Assembly: GCA_934168325.1 (NCBI GenBank)
Contig: CAKPNG010000002.1
Location: forward strand, 11-64,010
Direction of reading: 5' to 3'
Source of the DNA: an uncultured Bacilli bacterium
GTDB lineage: Bacteria; Bacillota_I; Bacilli_A; RFN20; CAG-826
DNA length: 64,000 bases
The first letter of the stretch is position 1. Each line of letters begins with the position of its first letter. Position numbers and translations under genes: made by a program. The notes below the pieces were generated by a model. It was not told where the DNA came from. It ran no database searches and saw only the letters and a list, made by a program, of their open reading frames with translations. Below, piece after piece: positions 49,252 to 58,466 of the stretch.

Positions 49252-50202
49252 TTATTCCTTATCTAAATAAACGTGACCTGATGAGCCAAATACATCTCTC
49301 ATCTTTTCTCTTAACATCTCTGTAACTGCTTTTCTAGCTGGAGTTGTATATTTTCTAATTTCAAATTCTTCTGGATGTTCAACAAAGAATTTTCTAACAG
49401 TTCCAGTCCAGCAGACTCTTAAATCAGTACCAACATTAATCTTACAAACAGCATGTCTACTAGCTTCTCTTAACATAGGTTCTGGAATACCAATAGCTTG
49501 TTCCATTTTACCACCATAATTATTAATTAAAGCTAATTTATCTTGAGGAACACTACTAGAACCATGTAAAACTAATGGGAATCCAGGAAGTCTTCTTTCA
49601 ACTTCTTCTAAGATATCAAATCTTAAAGCTGGTTTTTCTCCTGGTTTATATTTAAATGCACCATGAGCTGTACCAATAGCAACTGCTAATGAATCAATAT
49701 TAGTTCTATTTACAAATTCAACTACATCATCTGGATGGGTGAAATGGCCATATTTATCTTCAACAGTTGTATCATCTTCCATACCAGTAATAGCACCAAG
49801 CTCACTTTCAACAACTACGCCATGAGCATGAGCATATTCTACTACTTCTTTAGTCATTTTAACATTAGTTTCGAAATCATATGCAGAAGCATCGATCATA
49901 ACACTTGTAAATCCTAAATCTACACAGTACTTACAAACTTCAACAGTTTTACCATGATCTAAATGAAGTGCAACTTCAACACCATCTTGAGCAGCAGCTG
50001 TTTTAACAATAGCCATTAAATAATCAGGACCTAAATATTTAATAACATTTTCAGTTATTTGAATAATAATAGGTGATTTTTCAAGCTTTGCAGCTTCAAT
50101 AGCAGCAACAAATGTATCAAAAGTGTCAACATTAAATGCTCCGATTGAATATCCTCCCTTATATGCTCTTTCAAACATTCCTTTAGTAGTAACTAATCCC
50201 AT
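49252..50202 (-). CDS. Class II ketose-bisphosphate aldolase (FBA/TBP-aldolase family), paralog 1
   Basis: 316 aa with GYSIGAFNV, LHLDHG and LVLHGSSS. Confidence 0.88.
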   Translation of the reverse strand: MGLVTTKGMFERAYKGGYSIGAFNVDTFDTFVAAIEAAKLEKSPIIIQITENVIKYLGPDYLMAIVKTAAAQDGVEVALHLDHGKTVEVCKYCVDLGFTSVMIDASAYDFETNVKMTKEVVEYAHAHGVVVESELGAITGMEDDTTVEDKYGHFTHPDDVVEFVNRTNIDSLAVAIGTAHGAFKYKPGEKPALRFDILEEVERRLPGFPLVLHGSSSVPQDKLALINNYGGKMEQAIGIPEPMLREASRHAVCKINVGTDLRVCWTGTVRKFFVEHPEEFEIRKYTTPARKAVTEMLREKMRDVFGSSGHVYLDKE

Positions 50203-50240
50203 AATAATCTCCTTTTTCTCTATTTATCTTATATATATAA

Positions 50241-51179
50241 TTACTCTGCTTTACCAGCTGAATTAAAAACATTAATTAATTTATTTTTAACAAGTTCTGT
50301 TACAGCTTCCATACCAGGTTTAACAAATACTCTAACATCGAATTTTTCTGGATTTTCAACTAATGCTTTTCTCATAGCACCAACATAAGCAACTCTAATA
50401 TCAGTACCAACGTTAATCTTGCATACTGCATGTTCACTAGCTTCTTTAAGCATTGCTTCAGGAATTCCAATAGCTTCTGGCATTTTTCCGCCATATTTAT
50501 TTAAAATTTCTAAAGATTCATGTGGAACTGAACTTGCTCCATGTAAAACTAATGGGAATCCAGGTAATCTTTGTTCAATTTCTTCTAAAATATCAAATCT
50601 TAATTGAGGTTTTTGACCAGGCTTAAATTTATAAGCACCATGAGCCGTTCCAATAGCAATAGCTAATGAATCAATACCTGTTTTACTAACAAATTCAATA
50701 ACATCATCTGGATGAGTGAAATGACCATATTTATCATCAACATTAATATCATCTTCAATTCCAGCAATAGCACCAAGTTCACTTTCAACAACTACGCCAT
50801 GAGCATGAGCATATTCGACGACTTCTTTAGTCATTTTAATATTAGTTTCAAAGTCATATGCAGAAGCATCTATCATGACACTTGTGAACCCTAAATCAAC
50901 ACATTCTTTACATAATTCAACAGATTTTCCGTGATCTAAATGTAATGCAACAGGTACCGTAACTGTCTTCATTGCGAGATCCATTAATCCTCTTATATAT
51001 TCTTTTCCTATAAATTGTAATGCTCCACTAGAGATAGCAATAATCACAGGTGATTTTGTTTCTTCCGCAGCTTTAAGTACAGCTTTCATAATGTCCATGT
51101 TATCGACATTAAAAGCTCCTATAGCATATTTGCCTTCATATGCTTTTTTAAACATTTCTTTAGTTGTTACTAATGGCAT
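50241..51179 (-). CDS. Class II ketose-bisphosphate aldolase, paralog 2
   Basis: It has the same motifs as paralog 1. The start is taken at MPLVTTKEMF (51179), preceded by AAAGGAGGAG. Confidence 0.88.
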   Translation of the reverse strand: MPLVTTKEMFKKAYEGKYAIGAFNVDNMDIMKAVLKAAEETKSPVIIAISSGALQFIGKEYIRGLMDLAMKTVTVPVALHLDHGKSVELCKECVDLGFTSVMIDASAYDFETNIKMTKEVVEYAHAHGVVVESELGAIAGIEDDINVDDKYGHFTHPDDVIEFVSKTGIDSLAIAIGTAHGAYKFKPGQKPQLRFDILEEIEQRLPGFPLVLHGASSVPHESLEILNKYGGKMPEAIGIPEAMLKEASEHAVCKINVGTDIRVAYVGAMRKALVENPEKFDVRVFVKPGMEAVTELVKNKLINVFNSAGKAE

Positions 51180-51267
51180 AAAACTCCTCCTTTTGAAAAA
51201 ATATTTCATTAATACATTTAAATAATATCATTTTTTACCAAAAAATAAATGAAAATTTTTTACAAAG

Positions 51268-51281
51268 TGTAAGCGCTTACA
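51268..51281. promoter_or_regulatory. Catabolite-responsive element (cre) TGTAAGCGCTTACA
   Basis: A perfect palindrome that matches the Firmicute CcpA operator consensus TGWAANCGNTNWCA. It lies in the divergent aldolase / ABC-importer intergenic region. Confidence 0.65.
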
Positions 51282-51352
51282 AAAAAATATTGTTTCTTAA
51301 AAATTTTTGTTGCATAATAGTAGTGTCAAAAACCACTTAGGGAGGAAATAAA

Positions 51353-52693
51353 ATGAATAAGACAAAAATAATGTGCCTATCTCTTGCTGCAGTAGCTATG
51401 ATGTCATTATCAGCATTAGCATCTTGTGGTGGAAATGGTAAAATTCCAACAGCTAAAATTGTTGCTGAAGCTCAACAAATGGATTTAGCAGATCTTGAAG
51501 CAAAGGCTGAAGCCGAAATGAAAGCATCAAACGATACTTTCAAAATCGTCGCTTTAACTTCTACAATGAGTGCTGCTTATAAAGAATTCCAAAAGAAATA
51601 TACTTGGTTAACAGATGATAAAGTAAATTGTAATAACAGCTATAAAGATGCTGCTTTATTAACAGCTTTAGAAACAGCAGATAGTAATTATTTCGCTGAT
51701 TTTGCTTTAATTCAAGATGCTAGATCATTAGCAGATTTAATTGAAAGCGGCATTACTCATAATTACGTTCCAAAAGATTGGAAAGAATTAGGTTTAGCTG
51801 AAGAAGATACTTTACCACTTAAAGGTATTCACTTTAATAAAGTATTCTTTGTTAATAATACTTCTAAGTTATATACTGATCATAAATTTAATAATGTTTG
51901 GCAATTAGCTGGCAAAGCTAGTGATGAAGGTCACTTAGATAACTTCAGCTTCCAAAACCCAGTTACTGAACAAATTAACTTATCATTCTTATTAAGTTTA
52001 ATGTCAGAAAAGAACGCTCCAATGTTAAAAACTGCTTATAAAGATTATTATAAGAAAGATTGGACAGCTAGTAAGGAATACGATAATATCGGTAAACAAT
52101 TTGTTTATGAATTAATGGCAAATGTTAAAGTTTGGCATGGTTCTGATGGAACAGCTATGAAATCTACTCAATACCAAGAAGATATCGCTAAAGAAGAAAA
52201 AGAAGGTATTGATCCATTTGTTTATTATGGCGCTTTTGCTAAAATGAAAGATGCTGCTAAGATTGAAACAAAAGTTACTGGTGAAGATGGTAAAGAAACT
52301 ACAGTTAAAGGCTTACCAATGAAAACAGTCGGCTGGGACTTAGAATTAAGTGGATTCAATAGTTTCATGTATACTATGTATTCTCAAGTTGTAAATAACG
52401 CAAAACATCCATATACTGCTTGTTTATTCGCAAGATTTGTCGTTACTCCAGATTGTTATAAAGCAATGTGTTACAATAGTTTAACACCTAATAGTAAGGG
52501 TGAAAAATCCAACATGTATGGTTATTACTATCCATGTACTAATAAAGATGGTGTTGGCTACAACGATTTAGATTGGAGTAGAGATAAATGGTATCAAAAA
52601 TCTGTCATGGAAGATTATAACTACTTAAAAGATGTTAAATCATCAACCATTGAAGATTTAAGAACATACGTTAACGGTCTATCTAGTAAATAA
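51353..52693 (+). CDS. ABC transporter substrate-binding lipoprotein (substrate unknown)
   Basis: 446 aa with the lipobox LSALASCGG. It is followed by permease and ATPase genes. Confidence 0.75.
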   Translation: MNKTKIMCLSLAAVAMMSLSALASCGGNGKIPTAKIVAEAQQMDLADLEAKAEAEMKASNDTFKIVALTSTMSAAYKEFQKKYTWLTDDKVNCNNSYKDAALLTALETADSNYFADFALIQDARSLADLIESGITHNYVPKDWKELGLAEEDTLPLKGIHFNKVFFVNNTSKLYTDHKFNNVWQLAGKASDEGHLDNFSFQNPVTEQINLSFLLSLMSEKNAPMLKTAYKDYYKKDWTASKEYDNIGKQFVYELMANVKVWHGSDGTAMKSTQYQEDIAKEEKEGIDPFVYYGAFAKMKDAAKIETKVTGEDGKETTVKGLPMKTVGWDLELSGFNSFMYTMYSQVVNNAKHPYTACLFARFVVTPDCYKAMCYNSLTPNSKGEKSNMYGYYYPCTNKDGVGYNDLDWSRDKWYQKSVMEDYNYLKDVKSSTIEDLRTYVNGLSSK

Positions 52694-52714
52694 TTTAAAT
52701 AATAAATTAAAACT

Positions 52715-52745
52715 GGAGGGAGAGTTATTCTCCCTCCTTGTTTTT
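52715..52745 (+). terminator. Intra-operon hairpin/attenuator after the binding-protein gene
   Basis: GGAGGGAGA-gttat-TCTCCCTCC followed by TTGTTTTT. Confidence 0.65.
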
Positions 52746-52755
52746 GGAGGTATCA

Positions 52756-54720
52756 ATGATTCAAAAAATGAAGTCATCATGGTCTAACTTTATTGATAAC
52801 ACTAAAGATAGATTCAATCGATTTGTAAATTATTTTAAAACTTTTACTTGGAAGAAGTTTTGGAATAATCTAAAAACCTATTTTTCAAATCCTGCCAACA
52901 TCATTGTTATTTTATTTGCAATTATTTTAATTGCTGGTGTTGTTTACCCTCTTATTAGATTAATTTTAGATTCATTTACAGTTCAAACTTTAAAAGAAGC
53001 TAAATCTATAAATGAAAACTGGAATTTATCTTTAAAGAAAGGTGATTTAACTTGGGCATTATGGCCACAAGTTCTTTTTAATCCAAGAAATATGCAAATT
53101 TCGGTCACTAATTTCTGGAAACCACTTGGTTTATCAACGTTAATGGCCTTATTAGCTTGTTTTATTGCTGTTGTTGGAGGAGGTATTTTGGCCTTCTTTA
53201 TTACAAGAACTAACTTACCTTGTAAAAAATATATCTCAACAGTATTTATTTTCCCTTACATTATGCCTTCTTGGTCTATTGCAATGTTCTGGGAAAATTT
53301 CTTTAAAAATAGTGCTTTATCTGCTTGTAACTTCCAAACCGGAATGTTAGAAGCTATTACAGGACTTCAAGCACCTGTTAATTTTGTTTATGGTTTAGTA
53401 CCTTGTGCATTAGTTTTAGGTATTCACTATGCTCCTTTTGCTTATATTTTAATTGGTGGTATTTTAAGAAATATGGATGCAAACTTAGAAGAAGCTGCAA
53501 CTATTTTAAAATCTACTAGATTAAAAACTATTTGGAGAATTACTTTACCTATCGTAGCTCCTGCTCTTATTTCTACAATTTTACTTGTTTTCTCAAGTTC
53601 AATTTCTAGTTATACAGTTCCTGCATTCTTAAATAAAAACAATTCATTTAACGCAATTTCTATTCAAATGAGAAGTTTATTAATGCTTGGTGATACTAAA
53701 GGTCAAGGTTACGTTATTGCTGTTGTTCTTCTTTTATTTAGTATTATTATTCTTACAATTAATAATAAATTTACAAGTTCAAGAAAGAGCTTTACTACCG
53801 TTAGTGGTAAATCAGGACAAATTAGTAAAATTCAACTTGGTAAAGGTAAAAATAAATGGGTCAAATGGGTCATTGCTGTATTAATTATCATTGTTGTTAG
53901 TTTCTTTGCAGTTTTCCCTTTAATTTCATTTGCTTTAGAAAGTTTAGAAGAAATTCCTGGAGATCTTACTACATTAACTTTCAAATATTGGATTACAAAT
54001 ACTGATTTAGACTTAAGAATTAGTAATCAAGGTCAATCCTCTAAAGGTATTTTCTTAAATACAACTATTTGGAGTTCTTTAGGTAGATCGTTTATAGTTG
54101 CTGCTTGCGTATCTTTAATTGCTGGTACATTTGGTATATTAATTGGTTATGGTGTAGCTAAAAAACGTTATAGTAAATTAGCTAAATTCGTTTCTAATTG
54201 TGCTTTCTTACCTTATTTAATTCCAGCTCTTAGCTTTGGTGCTGTCTTCTTCTCATTATCTTACACTCCTGGATTCCAATGGATGAATTATAATGCTGCT
54301 GGAGAAACTGCCGCTGTTATTGCTTGTATACTTTGTGGTGGTATTAAATTCTTACCATTTGCAAGTCGTAGTGGAACTAACGCTATGCTTCAACTTAGTG
54401 GTGAAATCGAAGAAGCTGCTATTATTGTTAATGTTCCTTGGTGGAAGAGAATGACCAAAGTTATTTTCCCAATTCAAAAATCAAGCTTCATATCTTGTTA
54501 TTTATTACCATTTATTTCAGGTATGAGAGAATTAACATTATTCACGTTACTTACTAGTAGTTTCACTTTAATTACTAATACATTACAATATTTTGAATTA
54601 TACGGATTAAATCAATTAAGTAACGCTATTAACTTATTAATCGTTTTATTTGTTATTTTAGTAAATCTTTTAGTTAATAAATTAACTGGCGCATCAATTG
54701 ATAAAGGAATAGGAGGCTAA
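52756..54720 (+). CDS. ABC transporter permease, fused two-domain type (12 or more TM segments)
   Basis: It contains two permease modules, with EAA-like loops near EEAATILKSTRLKTIWRITLP and EEAAIIVNVPWWKRMTKVIFP. The start is taken at MIQKMK (52756), after GGAGG. Confidence 0.8.
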   Translation: MIQKMKSSWSNFIDNTKDRFNRFVNYFKTFTWKKFWNNLKTYFSNPANIIVILFAIILIAGVVYPLIRLILDSFTVQTLKEAKSINENWNLSLKKGDLTWALWPQVLFNPRNMQISVTNFWKPLGLSTLMALLACFIAVVGGGILAFFITRTNLPCKKYISTVFIFPYIMPSWSIAMFWENFFKNSALSACNFQTGMLEAITGLQAPVNFVYGLVPCALVLGIHYAPFAYILIGGILRNMDANLEEAATILKSTRLKTIWRITLPIVAPALISTILLVFSSSISSYTVPAFLNKNNSFNAISIQMRSLLMLGDTKGQGYVIAVVLLLFSIIILTINNKFTSSRKSFTTVSGKSGQISKIQLGKGKNKWVKWVIAVLIIIVVSFFAVFPLISFALESLEEIPGDLTTLTFKYWITNTDLDLRISNQGQSSKGIFLNTTIWSSLGRSFIVAACVSLIAGTFGILIGYGVAKKRYSKLAKFVSNCAFLPYLIPALSFGAVFFSLSYTPGFQWMNYNAAGETAAVIACILCGGIKFLPFASRSGTNAMLQLSGEIEEAAIIVNVPWWKRMTKVIFPIQKSSFISCYLLPFISGMRELTLFTLLTSSFTLITNTLQYFELYGLNQLSNAINLLIVLFVILVNLLVNKLTGASIDKGIGG

Positions 54721-54724
54721 AAAT

Positions 54725-55855
54725 ATGCCAAGAATAGAATTAATAAATGTTACAAAAAGATGGGGTAAAACTGTCGCTGTTGATAACTTAAATATGGTAA
54801 TTGAAGATCGTGATTTTATCACTCTTCTTGGACCTAGTGGATGTGGTAAAACTACCACTTTAAGAATGATTGCAGGACTTGAAACTCCTACTACTGGAAA
54901 AATTATTATTGGTGATAAAGTAGTTTTTGATAGTGAAAATGGTATTAATATTTCACCTGCTAAGCGTGATATTGGATTCCTTTTCCAAAACTATGCTTTA
55001 TGGCCACATATGACAGTTTATAAAAATATTGCTTTCGGATTAGAAAATTTAAAATGGAAGAAAGAAGATATTAAAAATCGTGTCGCTGAAGTTATGAAGA
55101 CTCTTAAAATTGAAGAGTATGCTGATAGATATCCAAGTGAACTTAGTGGTGGTCAACAACAACGTGTTGCTATTGCTAGAACTCTTGCTCCTTCTCCTAA
55201 AGTTTTATTCATGGACGAACCTTTAAGTAACCTTGATGCTAAACTTAGAGGTGAAATGAGAACTGAGTTAAAACGTTTACATAGTGATACTAATTCAACT
55301 TTCGTTTACGTTACTCATGATCAATTAGAAGCTATGACTTTAGCTACTAAGATTTGTTTAATTAATAATGGTGTTTTACAACAATATGAACCTCCATTAA
55401 AGGTTTATAGTACACCTAATAACTTATTTGTTGCTGATTTCGTTGGTAATCCTACCATGAACTTTATTCCAGCTACAATTACTAAAGTTGAGCCTAAGAC
55501 ATTTGCTGTTAATTTCTTTGGAGTTAATGCTACATTTAAATCAGAAGAAGATTTTGAATTACCTAATACTGATGAAAATAATGTAGAGAATGTTGTTATA
55601 GGTATTAGACCTGAGTTCTTAAAAATATCTGAAAATGGTAAAATTACAGGTACAGCTTATTCTACTTTACCTTCAGGTATGGAAACTGTTGTTAAAATCA
55701 ATTTAAATGGTGATATTTTATCTGCTGTTCAATTTGGTTTAATCGACTACGCAACTGACGCTGTTATCAATTTTGATGTTACTGGTAAACATATTTTAAT
55801 TTTTGATCAAACTAGTACAAATAGACTCGGAATTGGAGAACTTATAGTTAAATAG
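54725..55855 (+). CDS. ABC transporter ATP-binding protein (MalK/PotA/FbpC-like, with C-terminal regulatory domain)
   Basis: GPSGCGKTT, LSGGQQQRVAIAR and FMDEPLSNLD. Confidence 0.9.
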   Translation: MPRIELINVTKRWGKTVAVDNLNMVIEDRDFITLLGPSGCGKTTTLRMIAGLETPTTGKIIIGDKVVFDSENGINISPAKRDIGFLFQNYALWPHMTVYKNIAFGLENLKWKKEDIKNRVAEVMKTLKIEEYADRYPSELSGGQQQRVAIARTLAPSPKVLFMDEPLSNLDAKLRGEMRTELKRLHSDTNSTFVYVTHDQLEAMTLATKICLINNGVLQQYEPPLKVYSTPNNLFVADFVGNPTMNFIPATITKVEPKTFAVNFFGVNATFKSEEDFELPNTDENNVENVVIGIRPEFLKISENGKITGTAYSTLPSGMETVVKINLNGDILSAVQFGLIDYATDAVINFDVTGKHILIFDQTSTNRLGIGELIVK

Positions 55856-55862
55856 TTAGTTT

Positions 55863-56789
55863 ATGAAAGATCTAGCTTCTTCTACTATTAATAATAGCGA
55901 AAACAATGATACAAAGTATTCTTTACCTAAGCCTTTACTTTTTAAAAGAATGCTTGCTGGTTTATTAGATTTATTATTTTTTGTTATCTTATTTATAGGG
56001 CTTGAAGCTGGATCTTTTTTTACTGTTTTTAAATCATTAGGATATCAAGATATGATTTATAATGTACAAAAGCTACATGCTGATTGTGCTTTATATGTAT
56101 TAAAAGAAAATGAAGGTTATAAATCATATCTTGATATATATAACGAGGACCTAACTCCCGAAGAGAATTTAGATGTACCAATTACTAAATATTATACATT
56201 TGATTCTAGAGCAATTAGTGATAATAAATTAATTGAATATAATAATATTAAATTATCTTCTGGATATTATGAATTAGATGAAACCACTAATCAAATAGTT
56301 AGAAAATCTACTACTTCTAATATTGTTGCTAAGGAATTTTTAACAACTGAGTTTAAAAAAGCTATAAATTATTTTGAAAATAGTCCTCAATATATTCATG
56401 ATGTAAATACTTCACATAATATAATGTTATATGGTTCTCTTATTATATTAATAATAAGTTCGTTAATAATTTATTTATTACCTACTTTATTTTTATATCA
56501 TGTTACATTTGGTCAAATGATATTTAAAATGGGTTTAGCTAATTCTGATACTAATAAATTAGCAGGTTATAAAGAAGTATTTATTAGATTTTTAGTATTT
56601 ACTTTAATTAATATTCTTTGTCCATTTTTATTATTTCTTAAAATAAAATATATCTTTTTTATACCAATATTGATTACTACTTTTATGATGACTTGGATGA
56701 AAAATAATTTAACAATTCATGATTATATATCACATACTTATATAGTAGAAAAATACACTCTTCATAAGGAAAATAAAAATGAAGAGTAA
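55863..56789 (+). CDS. RDD-family-like membrane protein
   Basis: 308 aa. KRMLAGLLDLLFFVILF at the N-terminus and a HDYISHTYIV-type end resemble RDD proteins. Confidence 0.4.
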   Translation: MKDLASSTINNSENNDTKYSLPKPLLFKRMLAGLLDLLFFVILFIGLEAGSFFTVFKSLGYQDMIYNVQKLHADCALYVLKENEGYKSYLDIYNEDLTPEENLDVPITKYYTFDSRAISDNKLIEYNNIKLSSGYYELDETTNQIVRKSTTSNIVAKEFLTTEFKKAINYFENSPQYIHDVNTSHNIMLYGSLIILIISSLIIYLLPTLFLYHVTFGQMIFKMGLANSDTNKLAGYKEVFIRFLVFTLINILCPFLLFLKIKYIFFIPILITTFMMTWMKNNLTIHDYISHTYIVEKYTLHKENKNEE

Positions 56790-57546
56790 TAATACAAGTC
56801 AGTTTTTAGATTTCAAAACTGTAAAAAATATCCGAGATCTAGGGGGTATTCGAACTAAAAACGGTAGTTTTATAAAATATAAATGTCTTTTAAGAAGTGC
56901 TGATTTAAGTAATTTATCTATTGAAGAATTAAATAGATTAAAGACTGAATATAACTTAAAGACAGTTATTGATTTTAGAAGTAGCCATTCTTATTTTAAG
57001 AAAAAAGATAAGCTTGATGAAAGTATAACTTTTAAGCATTATTTTGTTTTAGATTATTTAGAAAAGAATCAATTTACAACGGATTTTGGTTATCCTTATG
57101 ATAGATTCTTTATGAAAATTTATGAAGATTTTGCTACTAAAAAGAAATCTTTTAAAGCTTATAGAGGTTTCTTTGATTACTTATTAGCTAATGATGATGG
57201 TGCTATTTTATGGCACTGCACCAGTGGAAAAGACCGTACTGGAATAGCGACTATTTTATTATTAAAAATATTAGGTTGTGATGATGAAACTTTATATGCC
57301 GAGCATGAAAAAACAAATGAATTTGCAATCACAGAGTTAAATAATTACTTAAATTCTCACCCTAATACAAATGTCATTGAAAGAAATTATAGAGAATGCC
57401 AATTTATAGCAAAAAGAGCATTTCTTGAACATTTCTTTGATGTAGTAAATAAAAAATATGGTGGACTAGATAACTTTATATCTAATACAATAGGAGTTAC
57501 AGATAAAGAAAGAAATATCTTAAAGAAAAGATATTTATCTAAATAA
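56779..57546 (+). CDS. Protein-tyrosine phosphatase-like protein (CX5R)
   Basis: HCTSGKDRTG active-site loop. Confidence 0.8.
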   Translation: MKSNNTSQFLDFKTVKNIRDLGGIRTKNGSFIKYKCLLRSADLSNLSIEELNRLKTEYNLKTVIDFRSSHSYFKKKDKLDESITFKHYFVLDYLEKNQFTTDFGYPYDRFFMKIYEDFATKKKSFKAYRGFFDYLLANDDGAILWHCTSGKDRTGIATILLLKILGCDDETLYAEHEKTNEFAITELNNYLNSHPNTNVIERNYRECQFIAKRAFLEHFFDVVNKKYGGLDNFISNTIGVTDKERNILKKRYLSK

Positions 57547-57563
57547 TAGGGAGATATATCTAT

Positions 57564-58403
57564 ATGGATAATTGCATAATAAGAATCAATGAAACAATGG
57601 ATACATTGTCAAAGCAAGAACAAAAAGTTGCAAATTATGTTTTAAAGCATACATTTGAAACTGCAGAAATGACAGTTGCAGAATTATCAAAGAAATGTAA
57701 ATGTTCTACTGCTACTATTATGAGATTTTGTTACGCTTTAAAATATGATGGATATAGAGATTTTATTAAAGCTTTATATAGCGATGTTGCTAATAATTTA
57801 AAAAGTGAAGAAAGAATTTATGATATAGATAATGATAATATCTCTAATATGTCTGTTAGTTCTACTATCTATACTATATGTAAATTAAATATCGAATCTT
57901 TAAATAATACACTTAAAATATTAAATGCTGATGAAATTGAAAAAGCTATTAATCTTATTGATAAAGCTAATAAAATAGGTATATTTTCTTTAAGTGGATC
58001 TGCTGTTGTTGGTGATGATGCAATGTTTAAATTCCAAAGATTAGCAATTAATACTCAAGCTTATAAAGATGCTCACTCTCAAATATTAGCAGCTAGTATT
58101 ATGACTAGTAAAGATGTAGCTCTTATTATTTCTTATACTGGTGAAACTATTGAATTAATTGAAGTTGCTAATATGCTTAAAGAAAGAAATGTTCCTATTA
58201 TTGCTATTTCTAAATATGGTGATAATCCTTTATCTAAAGTTGCTTCTATAAATCTTCACCATTCTTCAATTGGAAAAGGATTAAGAACTTATTCAACTAG
58301 ATCAAGAATAGTTCAACAAAATATTATTGATATATTATTTGTTGGCTTATCTCAAATAAGAAAAGATAAATTAAAATTATATTATAAATTATTTAGTAAA
58401 TAG
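57564..58403 (+). CDS. RpiR/MurR-family transcriptional regulator (HTH + SIS domain)
   Basis: LSKQEQKVANYVL...AELSKKCKCSTATIMRFC, with a SIS domain (GIFSLSGSAVV). Confidence 0.85.
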   Translation: MDNCIIRINETMDTLSKQEQKVANYVLKHTFETAEMTVAELSKKCKCSTATIMRFCYALKYDGYRDFIKALYSDVANNLKSEERIYDIDNDNISNMSVSSTIYTICKLNIESLNNTLKILNADEIEKAINLIDKANKIGIFSLSGSAVVGDDAMFKFQRLAINTQAYKDAHSQILAASIMTSKDVALIISYTGETIELIEVANMLKERNVPIIAISKYGDNPLSKVASINLHHSSIGKGLRTYSTRSRIVQQNIIDILFVGLSQIRKDKLKLYYKLFSK

Positions 58404-58417
58404 ATTATAAAAGATTA

Positions 58418-58443
58418 AATCATGACTAATTGTCGTGATTTTT
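58418..58443 (+). terminator. Rho-independent terminator
   Basis: AATCATGAC-taatt-GTCGTGATT (one G-U pair) followed by a T-run. Confidence 0.6.
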
Positions 58444-58466
58444 ACTTATTCTTCTTGATTAAATAT

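Noticed and set aside
53165-53884. Same-strand alternative-frame ORFs inside the ABC permease gene (53165..53350 and 53687..53884)
   Set aside because: They are nested in a well-supported 12-TM permease gene and are out-of-frame artefacts.
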